Part shown: positions 1 to 12,229 of the stretch, in pieces | How positions within the stretch are numbered: the stretch's first letter is position 1 | Layout of the letters: each line of letters starts with the position of its first letter | Assembly (NCBI RefSeq): GCF_006345805.1 | Contig: NC_042998.1 | Span: forward strand, 188,418,001-188,482,000 | Origin: Octopus sinensis | Taxonomy: Eukaryota | Reading direction: 5' to 3' | Length of the DNA: 64,000 bases | Made by a program: the position numbers and the translations under genes | Notes under the pieces: model-generated | What the model saw: the letters and a program-made list of their open reading frames with translations, nothing else | What the model was told of the DNA's origin: nothing | Databases searched by the model: none

Positions 1-27
1 TACTTTTCAAAAAACGTTTCATATATA

Positions 28-418
28 GGCGCAGGAGTGGCTGTGTGGTAAGTAGCTTGCTAACCAGCCACATGGTTCCGGGTTCAGTTCCACAGCGTGG
101 CACCTTGGACAAGTGTCTTCTGCTATAGCCCCGGGCTGACCAATGCCTTGTGAGTGGATTTGGTAGACGGAAACTGAAAGAAGCCCGTCGTATATATGTA
201 TATATATATATGTGTGTGCGTGTATGTTTGTGTGTCTGTGTTTGCCCCCCTAGCATTGCTTGACAACCGATGCTGGTGTGTTTACGTCCCCGTCACTTAG
301 CGATTCGGCAAAAGAGACCGATAGAATAAGTACTGGGCTTACAAAAGAAGAGTTGCTCGATTAAAGGCGCGGTGCTCCAGCATGGCCGCAGTCAAATTAC
401 TGAAACAAGTAAAAGAGT
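28..418 (+). mobile_element. tRNA-derived SINE, family A, full length
   Basis: Head GGCGCAGGAGTGGCTGTGTGGTAAG with A-box-like TGGCTGTGTGG and B-box-like GGTTCAGTTCC; central (TA/TG)n; 3' module ending GAAACAAGTAAAAGAGT; many near-identical copies elsewhere in the window. Confidence 0.9.
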
Positions 419-1493
419 ATATATACGTTTCACCTTATCTTCCTGTTTTACTGTTATATTAAACTTGTTTACTACAATTTTTAATTTTAAAAGATGGTGC
501 TAGCAGTAACTAAAGAATGTAAAGTCTTCTATAGGGGGGTAACACTTTGAGTCACCAACTGAAAAGTTCATAAATATTGATGATTATTTGCATCGGTGCA
601 AACTAGAGACTATCCCTACCGTCATGTGCATGCTTCGTTGTTATTCAACCAAACTTAGTCTTCATAACTAGTGAGAGAAGAAGGAAGAATAGAATAAATA
701 AACATCAAAGTTTAGGCAAGAAAACAACTTAGATAAAAAAAAAAAAGGGAGCCACATAAATATATATAAACAGTGTAAGAGTGGGAAGAGAGTCATGAGG
801 AGATAATGAAGAAATTCGTTAAATCCTAATGTAGAAACACAATTATGTTGTTTATGTTAGTATATTTTAAGGCCAATGTTAAACGAAGGTAATTCTCATA
901 ATAAAGTGTCATCTTTCTAACAAGAAACTGCTCTTAGTTATTTCGGCGTATATCTTACTTTTGATTTGGTATTTGTTTCTAAATCTAGATATGTTCCCTA
1001 ACGGATTCAACAAGATAATTAACTATGGCAGCTAAATATGTATTTACATTAGGTTAGGTGATCTAGAAATTAGTCGAGGAACTCACACAGTGTTATACAA
1101 GCCTCCTACCTCTTCCGTGGCGCAAAGGGATACTTATAGTTTGCCTCTGATGTGTATTAATGCATGCAAATAAGCTATTCATCCATCCTTTGCTGAAAGG
1201 GTATTTCTAATTCCCAAAGCAGTAATAGAAACCATAGGTTTAATCACTAAATAGCATATCAACTAACAAAATACTTGCAATCTCATTCCTATGTGACCTT
1301 TTAATCCAATTACTAGAAGAGAAATGCTTAATAGGGAACTCAAAAGAGATGAGCTGTAACAACAATGGCACCTATTTACAATTAACCAGACAAAGATGAA
1401 AAGAATTAAGTGTCTTGACACTGATGACAGAATATTAAGTGTGACTGCATACAAGAGTATTAAATATACCGATAATATATATATATATATATG

Positions 1494-1715
1494 TACTCTT
1501 TTTACTCTTTTACTTGTTTCAGTCATTTAACTGTGGGCATGATGGAGCACCGCCTTTAGTCGAGCAAATCGACCGCAGGACTTATTCTTTGTAAGCCTAG
1601 TACTTATTCTATCGGTCTCTTCTGCCGAACCGCTAAGTTATGGGGGTGTAAACACCAGCATCGGTTGTCAAGCAATGTTGAGGTGACAAACACAGACGCA
1701 CAAACATATACACAC
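1494..1715 (-). mobile_element. SINE A, 3' module only
   Basis: Reverse complement matches the SINE A 3' half (GACAACCGATGCTGGTG...TGAAACAAGTAAAAGAGT); no tRNA head. Confidence 0.85.
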
Positions 1716-2254
1716 ACATACATACAAACATACATATATATATGTATGTGTATATATATATATATGTATATATATGTATGTATGTATAAATAATTATCAT
1801 TAGGGTTCAGCTAACTGCTTCACCACATACCGAAATTAGAAATAGGAGTTTAAAATTCCTTTCCTACAACTATAATAATCTCTCTGACGGTAAACATACT
1901 TTTTTACAAAAGCAAAAAGAAAAACAATGAATCAACACGATCAGGATTAATTATATACGCGTTTCGAGATTAAAGTAATTCAAATTTTACTTTCTTCTCT
2001 CTTCAGTATAATATTTCCAATTTTTATAAAATTTGAAAGTGTTATGGCTGAATATGCACACAATCGAGCGACATCATGAAACCGATATCTAACCAACACT
2101 TCCAGAATTTACAGACCCGAATGTGAACACACTATTCAAACTCTATACCCACGTGTATTTTTCGCTGATACAGGGATGCAATTAGCCCAAAAGAAATGTT
2201 CATATTTAGCAACTGAACGGAGAAATATTGTCTTTGCATCAATGGTTTCTCTAT

Positions 2255-2338
2255 CTACTCCAATGATTCATTCGACTAAGATTCTTCAAGGCGGTGCTCC
2301 AGCATGAACGCAGTATAATGGCTGAAACAAGTAAAAGA
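2255..2338 (+). mobile_element. SINE A-like 3' tail fragment
   Basis: TTCGACTAAG...AAGGCGGTGCTCCAGCATG...GCTGAAACAAGTAAAAGA. Confidence 0.7.
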
Positions 2339-2595
2339 TCTATTTCAAAATCAACGAGAAGGGGAATATTTATGGACAGCTGCTTTGAAATCTGCAGCTC
2401 TTCTTACCTGATTGTAAATACACATTTATACCGATAACTATTGGTGCACTCAGTTATGTTAAATATTAAAATTATAATCGAGATAAACTAGGATTTGTAT
2501 CCCCCCCAAAAAAGAAAAAGACCGGCTAACATACACTTTGCAAATACAATCTATAAGTGAAACAAACGGTAATCATATATGAGTAATATTCGTAG

Positions 2596-2725
2596 TCACT
2601 TTAACATGGCTGCCCGTTCGAGCGGACTCTACTGCGATTTTTAACCCCAGTAGGACAGCTCCTCTAACTGGTTAACGATGCACAGCTGCACTCGATAAAA
2701 CTGCGAGCAGGGGAGCGGAACCCTA
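2596..2725 (+). repeat. Unclassified interspersed repeat, copy 1 (related copies at 3382-3478 and 5600-5659)
   Basis: CTGCGATTTTTAACCCCA...CTGGTTAACGATGCACAGCTGCA...GATAAAA.TGCGAGCAGGGG...CCCTA is shared with 3382-3478. Confidence 0.75.
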
Positions 2726-2974
2726 CGGAACCCTGCCATCTCCTAACGACGGGACCAGTAGACCAGTCCCGGCTTTAGGATATTTCTGCCATTCCTCAGT
2801 ACTGGACACCTCGTCTGCTAGAGATATTCTTTATTTTGATAATATTTATCGGACATAGAGAGGACAATATAGGACATCACAAACGAAAAGTGTTCATGGG
2901 TTCATAAATGAGTTTTAAAAATATGATGATGTGTTTGTATATAATTAAAAATTTTTAAACCTTGGCCGTGAAGT

Positions 2975-3365
2975 CCACCGGCTACACCATACAACTTTAC
3001 TATGGTTTAAATTAAGCAGGGTCATTCATCCCCAACTTTCTTTCCACATCCTTTACATGCTCTGCGTAAATTCTCAAGCCTGAGAGAGCTCCGGACACTG
3101 AACAAGGGCGTGCAGAACGGTTTCATCGTCCTGCCCGCACCTTGGGCATGCCATGCCGGTGGCACAGACATTCCATGCCTAGGCAGTTTATCGAGAACAG
3201 GTAAAGGACTTCTATAGCATTGCCAGGCCAGGGATTTCTGGTAGTCATCCAGGTACCCCGGCCCGAAAGTTCTTTTGAACAGGTTGGCTAACTGGCCCTC
3301 ATCGAGCCCCAGAGTCTCTCCTAGGACGTCATCCTTCTTGAACTCTACTATCCCGCTATAGAGTA
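2975..3365 (-). mobile_element. L1/Tx1-clade LINE ORF2 C-terminal fragment (zinc-knuckle region), decayed
   Basis: Minus-strand translation gives LANLFKRTFGPGYLDDYQKSLAWQCYRSPLPVLDKLPRHG and, after a frameshift, CPRCGQDDETVLHALVQCP (C-x2-C...H-x4-C). Confidence 0.75.
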
Positions 3366-3381
3366 TCGAGGTGGTACTCCC

Positions 3382-3478
3382 GCTGCGATTTTTAACCCCA
3401 AGAAGACATCTCCTTTAGCTGGTTAACGATGCACAGCTGCATCCGATAAAATTGCGAGCAGGGGGAGCGAACCCCCTA
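3382..3478 (+). repeat. Unclassified interspersed repeat, copy 2
   Basis: Direct-orientation match to 2631-2725. Confidence 0.75.
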
Positions 3479-3750
3479 CTTTCCTAAAATTCATCATGTT
3501 ATTAGTGTCAAAATCCTAGTAATGGAGCTCCTATTTCTTAAAAAGCATCTCTCTCTTTCTAGGAGAGATACATACTTAGATACTACATATGCTCACCAGG
3601 AAATATATTTTAACTAAAGAAACTTTAAAATCAATATTATTGATATATTTAGTGATTCTGAATCAAGCGAGAACATAGATAGACAGACGGACGGACGGAC
3701 GGACGGATGGATGAAGAGAGAGAGGAGAGAGAGAGAGCGAGAGAAAGAGG

Positions 3751-3796
<46 letters not shown>

Positions 3797-4367
3797 CATA
3801 ACAAAATATGAGCAATCTCATAATTCATGATTCTGATTTGGTCTGAAGCAAGCTTGTCGCTTGGCTAAAAATTCTCTCCTCTCCTCTGGGAAAATACCAT
3901 AATAAATGCCAATGAGAGCAGAAAAGAACAAAATATACAATATACATACTCACATATACATACACACATGACATAACCTCATACATTGTCTTTCTTTCAT
4001 TGGAAATATATTACTACATTGGGGATTTGATTCACTGAAAATACTTTCAATACACGACGAGAAGAAAGGTAAACATCACTGTCAGTGTGGCAATACACTT
4101 AATAACCTCCTTCGCAACATGAACTTGAGTATTATTCAGATTTATCCGAGTGGCATTTACTGTACTTTTAAAACTACATTGATAATTTAGTTCTATATTT
4201 AAGAGATGAGGAATTATGTACATTATTTACGTTATTTACAATTGACGGATATTTGTCCTCATCTTGTGGGTTGTTAACATAACGTTTCGGCTGATATACT
4301 TTCCAGCCTTCATCAGGTGTCTTGGGGGAAATTTCGAACCTGGGTTCTCATTCCTAAGGTATTTTGC

Positions 4368-4494
4368 GATGTTGTTGTTGTTGTTGTTGTTGTTGTTTCT
4401 TCTTCTTCTTCTTCTTCTTCTTCTTCTTCTTCTTCTTCTTCTTCTTCTTTCTTCTTCTTCTTCTTCTTCTTTCTTCTTCTTCTTATTATTATTA

Positions 4495-4536
<42 letters not shown>

Positions 4537-4602
4537 GTTATTATTATTATTATTTTTGTTGTTCTTCAGTAGTTTTATTTTTATAGCGTGCTTTCACTTC
4601 AC

Positions 4603-4633
<31 letters not shown>
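4368..4633. repeat. Compound trinucleotide microsatellite (GTT)n-(CTT)n-(ATT)n
   Basis: Visible directly in the sequence. Confidence 0.95.
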
Positions 4634-4708
4634 GAGGTCACTGCCTGGAATCAAACTCGGAATCTTGGGGTTACTAGCTCGCGCTCTTAACCACTACGGC
4701 ATATGCCC
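4634..4708 (-). mobile_element. Short tRNA-like SINE with (AAT)n tail
   Basis: Reverse complement GGGCATATGCCGTAGTGGTTAAGAGCGCG...GAGTTTGATTCCAGGCAGTGACCTC followed by (AAT)n; A- and B-box-like motifs, no acceptor stem. Confidence 0.7.
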
Positions 4709-5319
4709 GTACATTGATAATGTTTAAAGTAGTGAGTTAAGACTACAAACACTACTTCAGTGTTTTTGCTATGACCTTGCATGACACAATCAGCGGGCTC
4801 TGCCTAGGGTTATGGATCCTTAGCTACGAGTAAATAGGCTCACTCCATTGTGAAATGATTAAACTTTATGGTAAAGAGTAAACTTTATACTAAATCCTGT
4901 TTGGTGGCAGTTTTGTGTTCGACTCAATACTCTTTCATAATCTCCTAATGTATGTTTGACACCATATACTGCCCTGCACGAAGCTGTGAGTAGGAAATTT
5001 CTTGTGTCTGAGCGACCCACAATTCCTAGACACCCATTTCGAGCATGAACCATGGAAAAGTACTTCAATATCGAGACAAGAGCTGGGTATCTTCCAGTGT
5101 TGGGCAAGTGCTTAAATCCTGATAGTCCAGTGATACAAAACTTCATTGTTTTTTGAGCCAGATGCGGGTCAAAGAACGAAGAATACTACTGCTATTAAAG
5201 CAAGTAAGGGGGGGGGGAATCTTAAGAAGAGAGTATTACACTACTAACTATTACACAACTTTCAGTTGTAATCGGGAAACATTTTTGCCGTCCCATATTT
5301 GAACTTTGTACGCTATCAT

Positions 5320-5520
5320 TAGGATGATGTTAAATCGGAGGAAGAACTGTGCGTAGCAATTAGGGCAGCACTTGGAAAGTGGGAGCAACAAGGGTGACAA
5401 GAGTGGAAAGAAAGTGAGTCGGGACTACCTGAGTGGAAGAGGTTCAAGACCAGCCACATCGGATGATCAAAGGCCATTAAATATTGTATCGGAATCGGAT
5501 TATATAATTGTAGTAGGTAC
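5320..5520 (-). mobile_element. Possible Penelope-like RT thumb remnant
   Basis: SLSFHSCHP resembles the PLE Y-L-x-F-x-S-x-H-P motif; otherwise highly decayed. Confidence 0.3.
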
Positions 5521-5582
5521 ACTATAATAGTTGACCCGCTATCCAAGTTTTTGTTTGAGTTTATATACAATTATAAAATGCT

Positions 5583-5707
5583 GTGACGTATATTTGCCAT
5601 TTGAATATGGCTAACCCCTAAGGGTGGATGCTACTGTAGTTTGTAGCCCCAGGAAGACACATCCACCCATAGGGGTTAGCCATATTCAAATGGCAAATAT
5701 ACGTCAC
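5583..5707. repeat. Inverted repeat: 48-bp arms (1 mismatch), 29-nt loop
   Basis: 5583-5630 GTGACGTATATTTGCC...AGGGTGGATG is the reverse complement of 5660-5707 except at one position. Confidence 0.95.
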
Positions 5708-7149
5708 GATGTGTTGCCGCTACTGTTTATAACTCGCTCTGAGATTTATCATTGTTTGATTTCACTATAAAATGTTGGTTTGATTTGAAACGAATATCTA
5801 AAGCAAATTAAGATCTGTAAAATAGCAGTGAGATTTCCTCACTAACTTTGAGGCAAAAATGAAAATTATCTATTGAGAATTTTCTACAGTGAATTGTTAA
5901 TACTACTTTTGCGAAATATCAACGAATGTCACTTAAACATTGTTATGTAGTGTCATTTATGGAAACGAAATTAGAAACAGTAGCAAGACGTCAAACATCT
6001 AAAATATCTTTAAAATATTACTTTGAAAATATGAGAAACCGGATACAGTGCCACGGGCAATCCACAAACGCCTTTTAGAGTCTCTCTACCTCTTTCGATA
6101 GAATACAAAGACAGATAAAATAATAAACGGGGTATCGAGTATAAACATAGTATAATTTAATGAGGGTATAATTAACGTAAATTAGATATGTTTGTCGATT
6201 TCAGTAAGTGTAAGCTGCTACAAGGTGATGATTGTATGGAGTCATAATAAATTCTCGGAAGACACAATTAAATCCTGATAGGTGAAAATTATACTTGAAG
6301 AAAGAAACAGACACCCACATGCTCCACATGAACACATAAAAACACACACGCACACAAGTATACTTAGATACAATCATACCTACCTACCTACACACATACA
6401 CACGCACACACACACACACACGCGCACATACACACATGTAGATGGTACAGGCATGTGTCTGTCTCTTCAGCTTTTAATTTCATTTACAAGGATACATCAA
6501 AATACATGCATATGTGCGTGCAAGCGCGCATGTATGTATAATTGGAAACAGATGATCTTGTTTACTGTGAATATATGCATAATGAAACAGAAGGGAATTT
6601 CAAATATATATATATATATTTTTTTCATTACTACCAAAAAATAATCTAGGATACAACAGAGAGTAAGTATTGAATACGTCAATATCTTACATCCATGACT
6701 ATATTTGAATTTGGGTATAACTGAAAAGAAAAGAAAATACTGGGAATTTTACTTCTCCATAAATGATTTAAGACAATACATAATTATTGATCTTTTATGC
6801 TCATTTCATTTTTTGACACGTTATCTTCATCTACTTAAGTGAATTAGATGTTAGTAAATGAAGACTAGAATACACGACAAATAATTCTGTTTATGCTTCT
6901 TCAAAGTCTTTCTCATATGGGTTACCAACTCCTTACTAACAAATATTCAGATTGTTAAATATATACGCGCATATAGACACACGGTTACATATACACGCAA
7001 GAACAACCACCCTCACACACAGACACATAAATATGTAGGAGATATGGCAGTAAAACAATTTCTGGATCATACTTGTTAGTTAGTTAATTTTTTGGCTCAA
7101 AAAGCAAAAAGCAACGCCATGTAGGGGGACATGGAGTTATGTACAGGGT

Positions 7150-7345
7150 GGTGTTCATGTAAAGAGTTCAGGCCACTTGTGGTCAAGGGAGACTTTGAAC
7201 CGAGCAGTCGTCGGCATCTTCACCATCTCGTCCGGCAGCTTATTCCACGGATCCGCAACCCGGACGGAGAAAGCCCCTCTCCTTCGATTGAGATGAAATC
7301 GTCGCAGATAGAGCTTTTCGGAATGTTGTTTGAGATGAAGTTTGG
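7150..7345 (-). mobile_element. CR1/L2-type LINE ORF2 3' end
   Basis: RRFHLNRRRGAFSVRVADPWNKLPDEMVKMPTTARFKVSLD matches the CR1/L2 C-terminal F-S-x-R-V...W-N-x-L-P...F-K-x-x-L-D signature. Confidence 0.8.
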
Positions 7346-8599
7346 AGTTAAATGGTAATTGTAAATGTTGACATGTCTGTAAAATCGACAATGCCTGAAA
7401 TTGTATAATGTTGATCTAGTATGATTTCATGAACAAATCACGTACCTCCTACTGACACAGTCAAGGGCAACTGGATGTGTTTCTTGCGAGAGAAAGCACT
7501 AATCACCCAAAAGAGCAGGAGCTGGAAATTTTCAACAGATACAACGGTTTCTTTAGTTTTAATTGGAGTTTGCGGATGCTTCTCTGGTTGTTGCTCGGTT
7601 AGAAAAAGATTCTGAAAGTATGATGTGTTTCACATACACTACAAGAATAAAAAATGACTGCAATTAACATTCTGATTTCGAAATGAGCTATGGGCATTAC
7701 CACAGTATCAATGTATTAATGTATACAAACATACACATGCACGCAAGGGTATACACTCACAAAATATAAGCTTAGCTTTCACATGATACTTAACCAACCT
7801 TAATTTTTTTCACTCGTTTTATGCTTCACTTGTTCAGTTTTAAATTGACGTAACTTACCCAACTGTACCAAATTATTGACATAATTTGTCCAAGTTCGTC
7901 CTTTACATTGAACCTTCATTATATGCAACCTTTAATTATATCTTTAATGTTAATAATTTTACCCATGAAATTTCTCTCTGTCTGTCCGTCTGTCTTTCTC
8001 TTTCTCTCTCTCGTTTTCTCTCTCTCGCCCACTGACTCTTTTATTTGGTATCTAAACTAAGTTGGAAAAGTGAAAATTGTTGTAAGCTATCATTGATTTA
8101 TTGCCTGAAAAATAAAGTCCCCACCTTAAATTGCAAATAGTAGCCAATTGAAGGTAAGTTATCTGATAGCAATGATTTGACACGCACTGTATCTAGTGAC
8201 ATGTAATTACTTAATAGAGATCGCTAGAAAAGATTCACTTGAGAAATACCTTAAATAGGTAGGAGTCAATCTTATCAACAGATTGACATATGGATAAACT
8301 GAGTTAATCGCCATGACGTCTCAATCAACCTCTTGACTAATGTTTGCTTGTGCGTATATATATGAATAGATATATAATCATATATGTTTATTGCGTGTAC
8401 CTATTTTCCAGAATGTATCAATGTACGTTAGTGTATTTATATTAGGAAATTTAAACGTACACATTCCTTACTTATTTTTGTATTTGGTCAAGAGGAAGGG
8501 GCTAGGACTATTATCTTTGCAATCCTTGCATGCCCGTGAGATCGATGTGGTTAATGTTTCTTTAGAAAACTCGCAAGGTGATTCTGAAGGAAAATATAT

Positions 8600-9330
8600 G
8601 CAGACATAGAGGTTCGAAGAGGCGTCTGAGAATGATAGACTGGGTGTAGTGGCTAGGTGTAGGACCAGGTGTAGGGCGCTGTTTGAGTGTTTGACAGAGG
8701 AGCGAGAGATGAAAAATTCGAATAACATAAGACTATCTAGATCACTGTGACTGGTCAAAACGTATTGAAAAGACAATGTATTATTTGCAGGCCAGTGGTA
8801 AGAGTCCTTTGTTGAGAAGTTTCATACCCATCAGTGGAGTGACCTTCCTTTGGTTGCAAACTAGAAAGCCTATGCTTTCATGAACAGATGTTAGAGTATA
8901 ATTCTATTGTGAATCTCACTTGAGATTTATGGCGGGTGTGTAGCTGTTGAACGAAAACATGTCTTTGTGATGCAGTGTACACTAACTAGAGGATTCCGTT
9001 CGTCAAGAAAGAGCTTCAGTGAGGATGAAAACTAGGATTAGAAGCGACAGGCATGTTTCTATTCGCTTACATGTTTTCCCTTTGTTGTCGGATAATCTGG
9101 AGGACTTCTTTCATAAATTCTGCACAGATATGGCGTGGATTACCTCCGTTGCATGTAGATGTCGCTTGTATGTAGGAGATTAGGAATGAATGAAGAAGGA
9201 TAACCTTTTCGTAGAAGTTGGCGTTCTTAAAAATAATGGTAAGTTGATCGTTACTGAAGAAGGAAAGGATAGTACAAGAAAAGTCCAGTAGTGAGAGCTC
9301 CATGATCATTCACCACAAAGGTGCGATTTG
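8600..9330 (-). mobile_element. Decayed Penelope-like element, post-RT region to GIY-YIG
   Basis: LLRKGYPSSFI (PLE L-x-x-N-G-Y-P motif), KGLLPLACK..IV(F)QYVL (GIY-like) and SAL...HLATTPSLSF; many stops and frameshifts. Confidence 0.5.
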
Positions 9331-9399
9331 ACTGGACACCAACAATCCAAGAGAAAAGAAACGGGTGAATCTAATGAAAATTTTTTTCAGAAGATTCGA

Positions 9400-9606
9400 T
9401 GAAATGTTACTGACGTAAATTTCTCTAGGTCATAAATCAACGAAATTTGGGCGAAATTTAATGTTAATGGCTGTTTTCATCACTTTTGTCTTGCTGAAAG
9501 TGACTGTATGGACAATAGTTGACAGTAGCAGTCTGTTTGTCCTTCGGTAATGGGACTTCCAGTAGCGCCCTTTCAAAGATAGGATAATATATGGAGATAG
9601 ATAGAT

Positions 9607-9658
<52 letters not shown>

Positions 9659-10170
9659 TTTGACAGCTTGACACTGATTATAACTAATGGAAGAGGCATT
9701 GCCATAGCCAGTGGTCTTGTTGATGTGATAAAACCGGAAATGCTTCCGCACTTGCCGTGTAGGCGTACGAATAGTATCTTTGGAGAGCAGAAGGAATGTG
9801 GCATTCTAGAGAGGGTTTTATCATAGTGAAACACAAAAACAGAACGTTATTCTTGTAAGAATTACTATGGCTGAGAAATGGAAGAAAGAAAAATACCACA
9901 GTCATTTTGTGGTATCATTTTATTAAAATTGGTAAAAATTCACATTTGGTTGCAGCTTGGGAGATGGAAGGGCTGTGGGTTGTGCGGTGCACTGAGTAAT
10001 CCTGTCTACAAATAGTTGTAGTGCTGTGTAAAATACATCAAGTTTGTAGAGGTGAGTGCTTTTTCCAAAGCATGTAGGCGTTGCTGTTTGAATAAACTGC
10101 TGTCGAGCAGCTATATGTGAACCACTTGTGAGCTTAGGGTGGTGAGTTTTGCGTGTAAAGCTATTTCTGA
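9400..10170 (-). mobile_element. CR1/L2/Jockey-type LINE, linker and RT N-terminus, interrupted by (GA)n
   Basis: HKWFTYSCSTAV (PWF-like linker), HINKTTGYGNASSISYNQC (K-A-x-G-P-D-G-like) and IFERALLEVPLPKDKQTATVNYCPYS (P-I-P-K...N-Y-R-P-I-S-like), in the expected order. Confidence 0.55.
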
Positions 10171-10244
10171 TGGGTCATATGGGTTATGGGCAAAGTACAT
10201 GTGCTGTCAAGGATAGTAAGCGTACAACTAGCGGATTCGATGAA

Positions 10245-10613
10245 ATGGATGGATGGAAGCACTCCGTCGGTTACGACGATGAGGGTTCCGGTTGATCCGA
10301 ATCAACGGAACAGCCTGCTCGTGAAATTAACGTGTAAGTGGCTGAACACTCCACGTAGTTCTCGGGGATATTCAGCGTGACACAGAGAGTGACAAGGCCG
10401 GCCCTTTGAAATACAGGTACAACAGAAACAGGAAGTAAGAGTGAGAGAAAGTTGTGGTGAAAGAGTACAGCAGGGATCCATCCCCTGCTGGAGCATCGTG
10501 GAGCTTTTAGGTGTTTTCGCTCAATAAACACTCACAACGCCCGGTCTGGGAATCGAAACCGCGATCCTATGACCGCGAATCCGCTGCCCTAACCACTGGG
10601 CCATTGCGCCTCC
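10245..10613 (-). mobile_element. tRNA-derived SINE, family C (tail type 1)
   Basis: Head GGAGGCGCAATGGCCCAGTGGTTAGGGCAGCGG...GGTTTCGATTCCC; core GAGCGAAAACACCTAAAAGCTCCACG shared with 11932-12229 and 53655-53962. Confidence 0.85.
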
Positions 10614-11386
10614 ACATTCGATGAAATACACGCGCTCGTATATATGCAGGTGTGTGTCTGTGTGTGTTTGCGGGTGTGTTATAACTTGGGATATTGATTA
10701 GATGCATTACATTTATATAATGACGTTAAACTTTTCTAGCTATATTTTTATTGAAGCAATTTTACTAAATGCAATAGACATGTTAGGAAAGATAATAAAC
10801 AAACTGATTATTTCGTTCATTTTTTGAAATTAAAACTCTTATTACTGATTGTCTTATACAGCTGAAACTGAGTGGGTTACAAATATCTGGCATTACTGCA
10901 TATGTAAGTAGCAGATTGGCATTATTACTGTAAAACACTTCCAGCTACTTAGCATGAGAAAACGTGAATGTACTCTTCCTGCACACACACAATCAAGGTA
11001 GGGTAGCACTGAAACAACCAGGAACTCTATAGGTTTTATACTCGGCTCTCTTTACTCCATATCGAAAGGGAAGATAATGTGAAATTGGATTAATTTGAAT
11101 GAAACACATTGCCCTTCAGAATGTTTTTTTTAATGTATTTCCAGTTTTATGGGATATTTGACAATCTTGCTACAGGTGTCGGGTGCCAATTCTTCTTATT
11201 GTAAATATAGTCGACCTTCTGAATGTCTGGCTTTCCGATAAAGTTGCACTCATTTTATGCTTCCATTTCAAATATTTCGAAAGATTCATTCCGTCTTTCA
11301 GACTGAAAACATATCTTTCTATTATATAATATAGGAGAATTGATATACATTTATACACACCACACACACATACAAACATATACATA

Positions 11387-11621
11387 GGCGGCGAGCTGGC
11401 AGAATCGTTAGCACGCCGGGCAAAATGCTCAGCAGTATTTCGTCTGTCGCTACGTTCTGAGTTCAAATCCCGCCGAGGTCGACTTAGCCTTTCATCCTTT
11501 CGGGTTCGATAAAATAAGGACCAGTTACGCACTGGGGTCGATATAATCGACTTAATCTGTTTGTCTGCCCTTGTTTGTCCCTTCTGTGTTTAGCCCCTTG
11601 TGGGTAGTAAAGAAATAGGTA
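11387..11621 (+). mobile_element. tRNA-derived SINE, family B, near full length
   Basis: GGCGGCGAGCTGGCAGAATCGTTAGC...GAGTTCAAATCCCGCCGAGGTCGAC...CCTTTCATCCTTTCGGG...GATAAAATAAG; several related copies in the window. Confidence 0.85.
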
Positions 11622-11931
11622 TATGTTTGTGTATAAATATGTACACACACACATGTACTGTTCCGTTATTGGTAGGAACAACAGAAAAGTACCCCAGTCA
11701 CTGAGAGATAAATCTCATTTAATGCACACAAGGCATTAATAATAACTCGCATTTGTATCCTGAATATTAAATTACAACTTCAATCTTTGTGCTCCCATCA
11801 TCGCCATTAACTGTTCAACAATACATCAACCTGTTCCTCAAAAAAGGAGACATGAAAATATCGTCAAATTCTGCCCGAACTGTCTGTGTTATGAACGTCA
11901 ACAGCTATCTGTTGACAATCAGTGTTGGTGT

Positions 11932-12229
11932 GTTTGTTGTTGTTTGTTCCTTCTCGAGCCATACCTGACTCATAAGGGCCGGTTTCCCTGTTTCACTGGC
12001 GTATAGGACGGGACGCAGGTCCGTCGCAGGTTAGCTGCTAGATGCAGGAGGATAGAGTTAGAGAAAGTTGTGGCGAAAGAGTCAGCAGAAGTTCGCCATT
12101 ACCTTCTGCCGGAGCCGCGTGGAGCTTAGGTGTTTCGCTCATAAACACACACATCACCCGGCCTGAGATTCGAACCCGCGATTCCTCAACCGCGTGTCCA
12201 TTGCTCTAACCACTAGGCCATGTCCCTCC
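11932..12229 (-). mobile_element. tRNA-derived SINE, family C (tail type 2)
   Basis: Reverse complement aligns along its length with 53655-53962. Confidence 0.85.

Noticed and set aside
4859-5146. 95-aa ORF in moderately GC-rich sequence
   Set aside because: No recognisable motif or splice signals; probably unidentifiable transposon debris.
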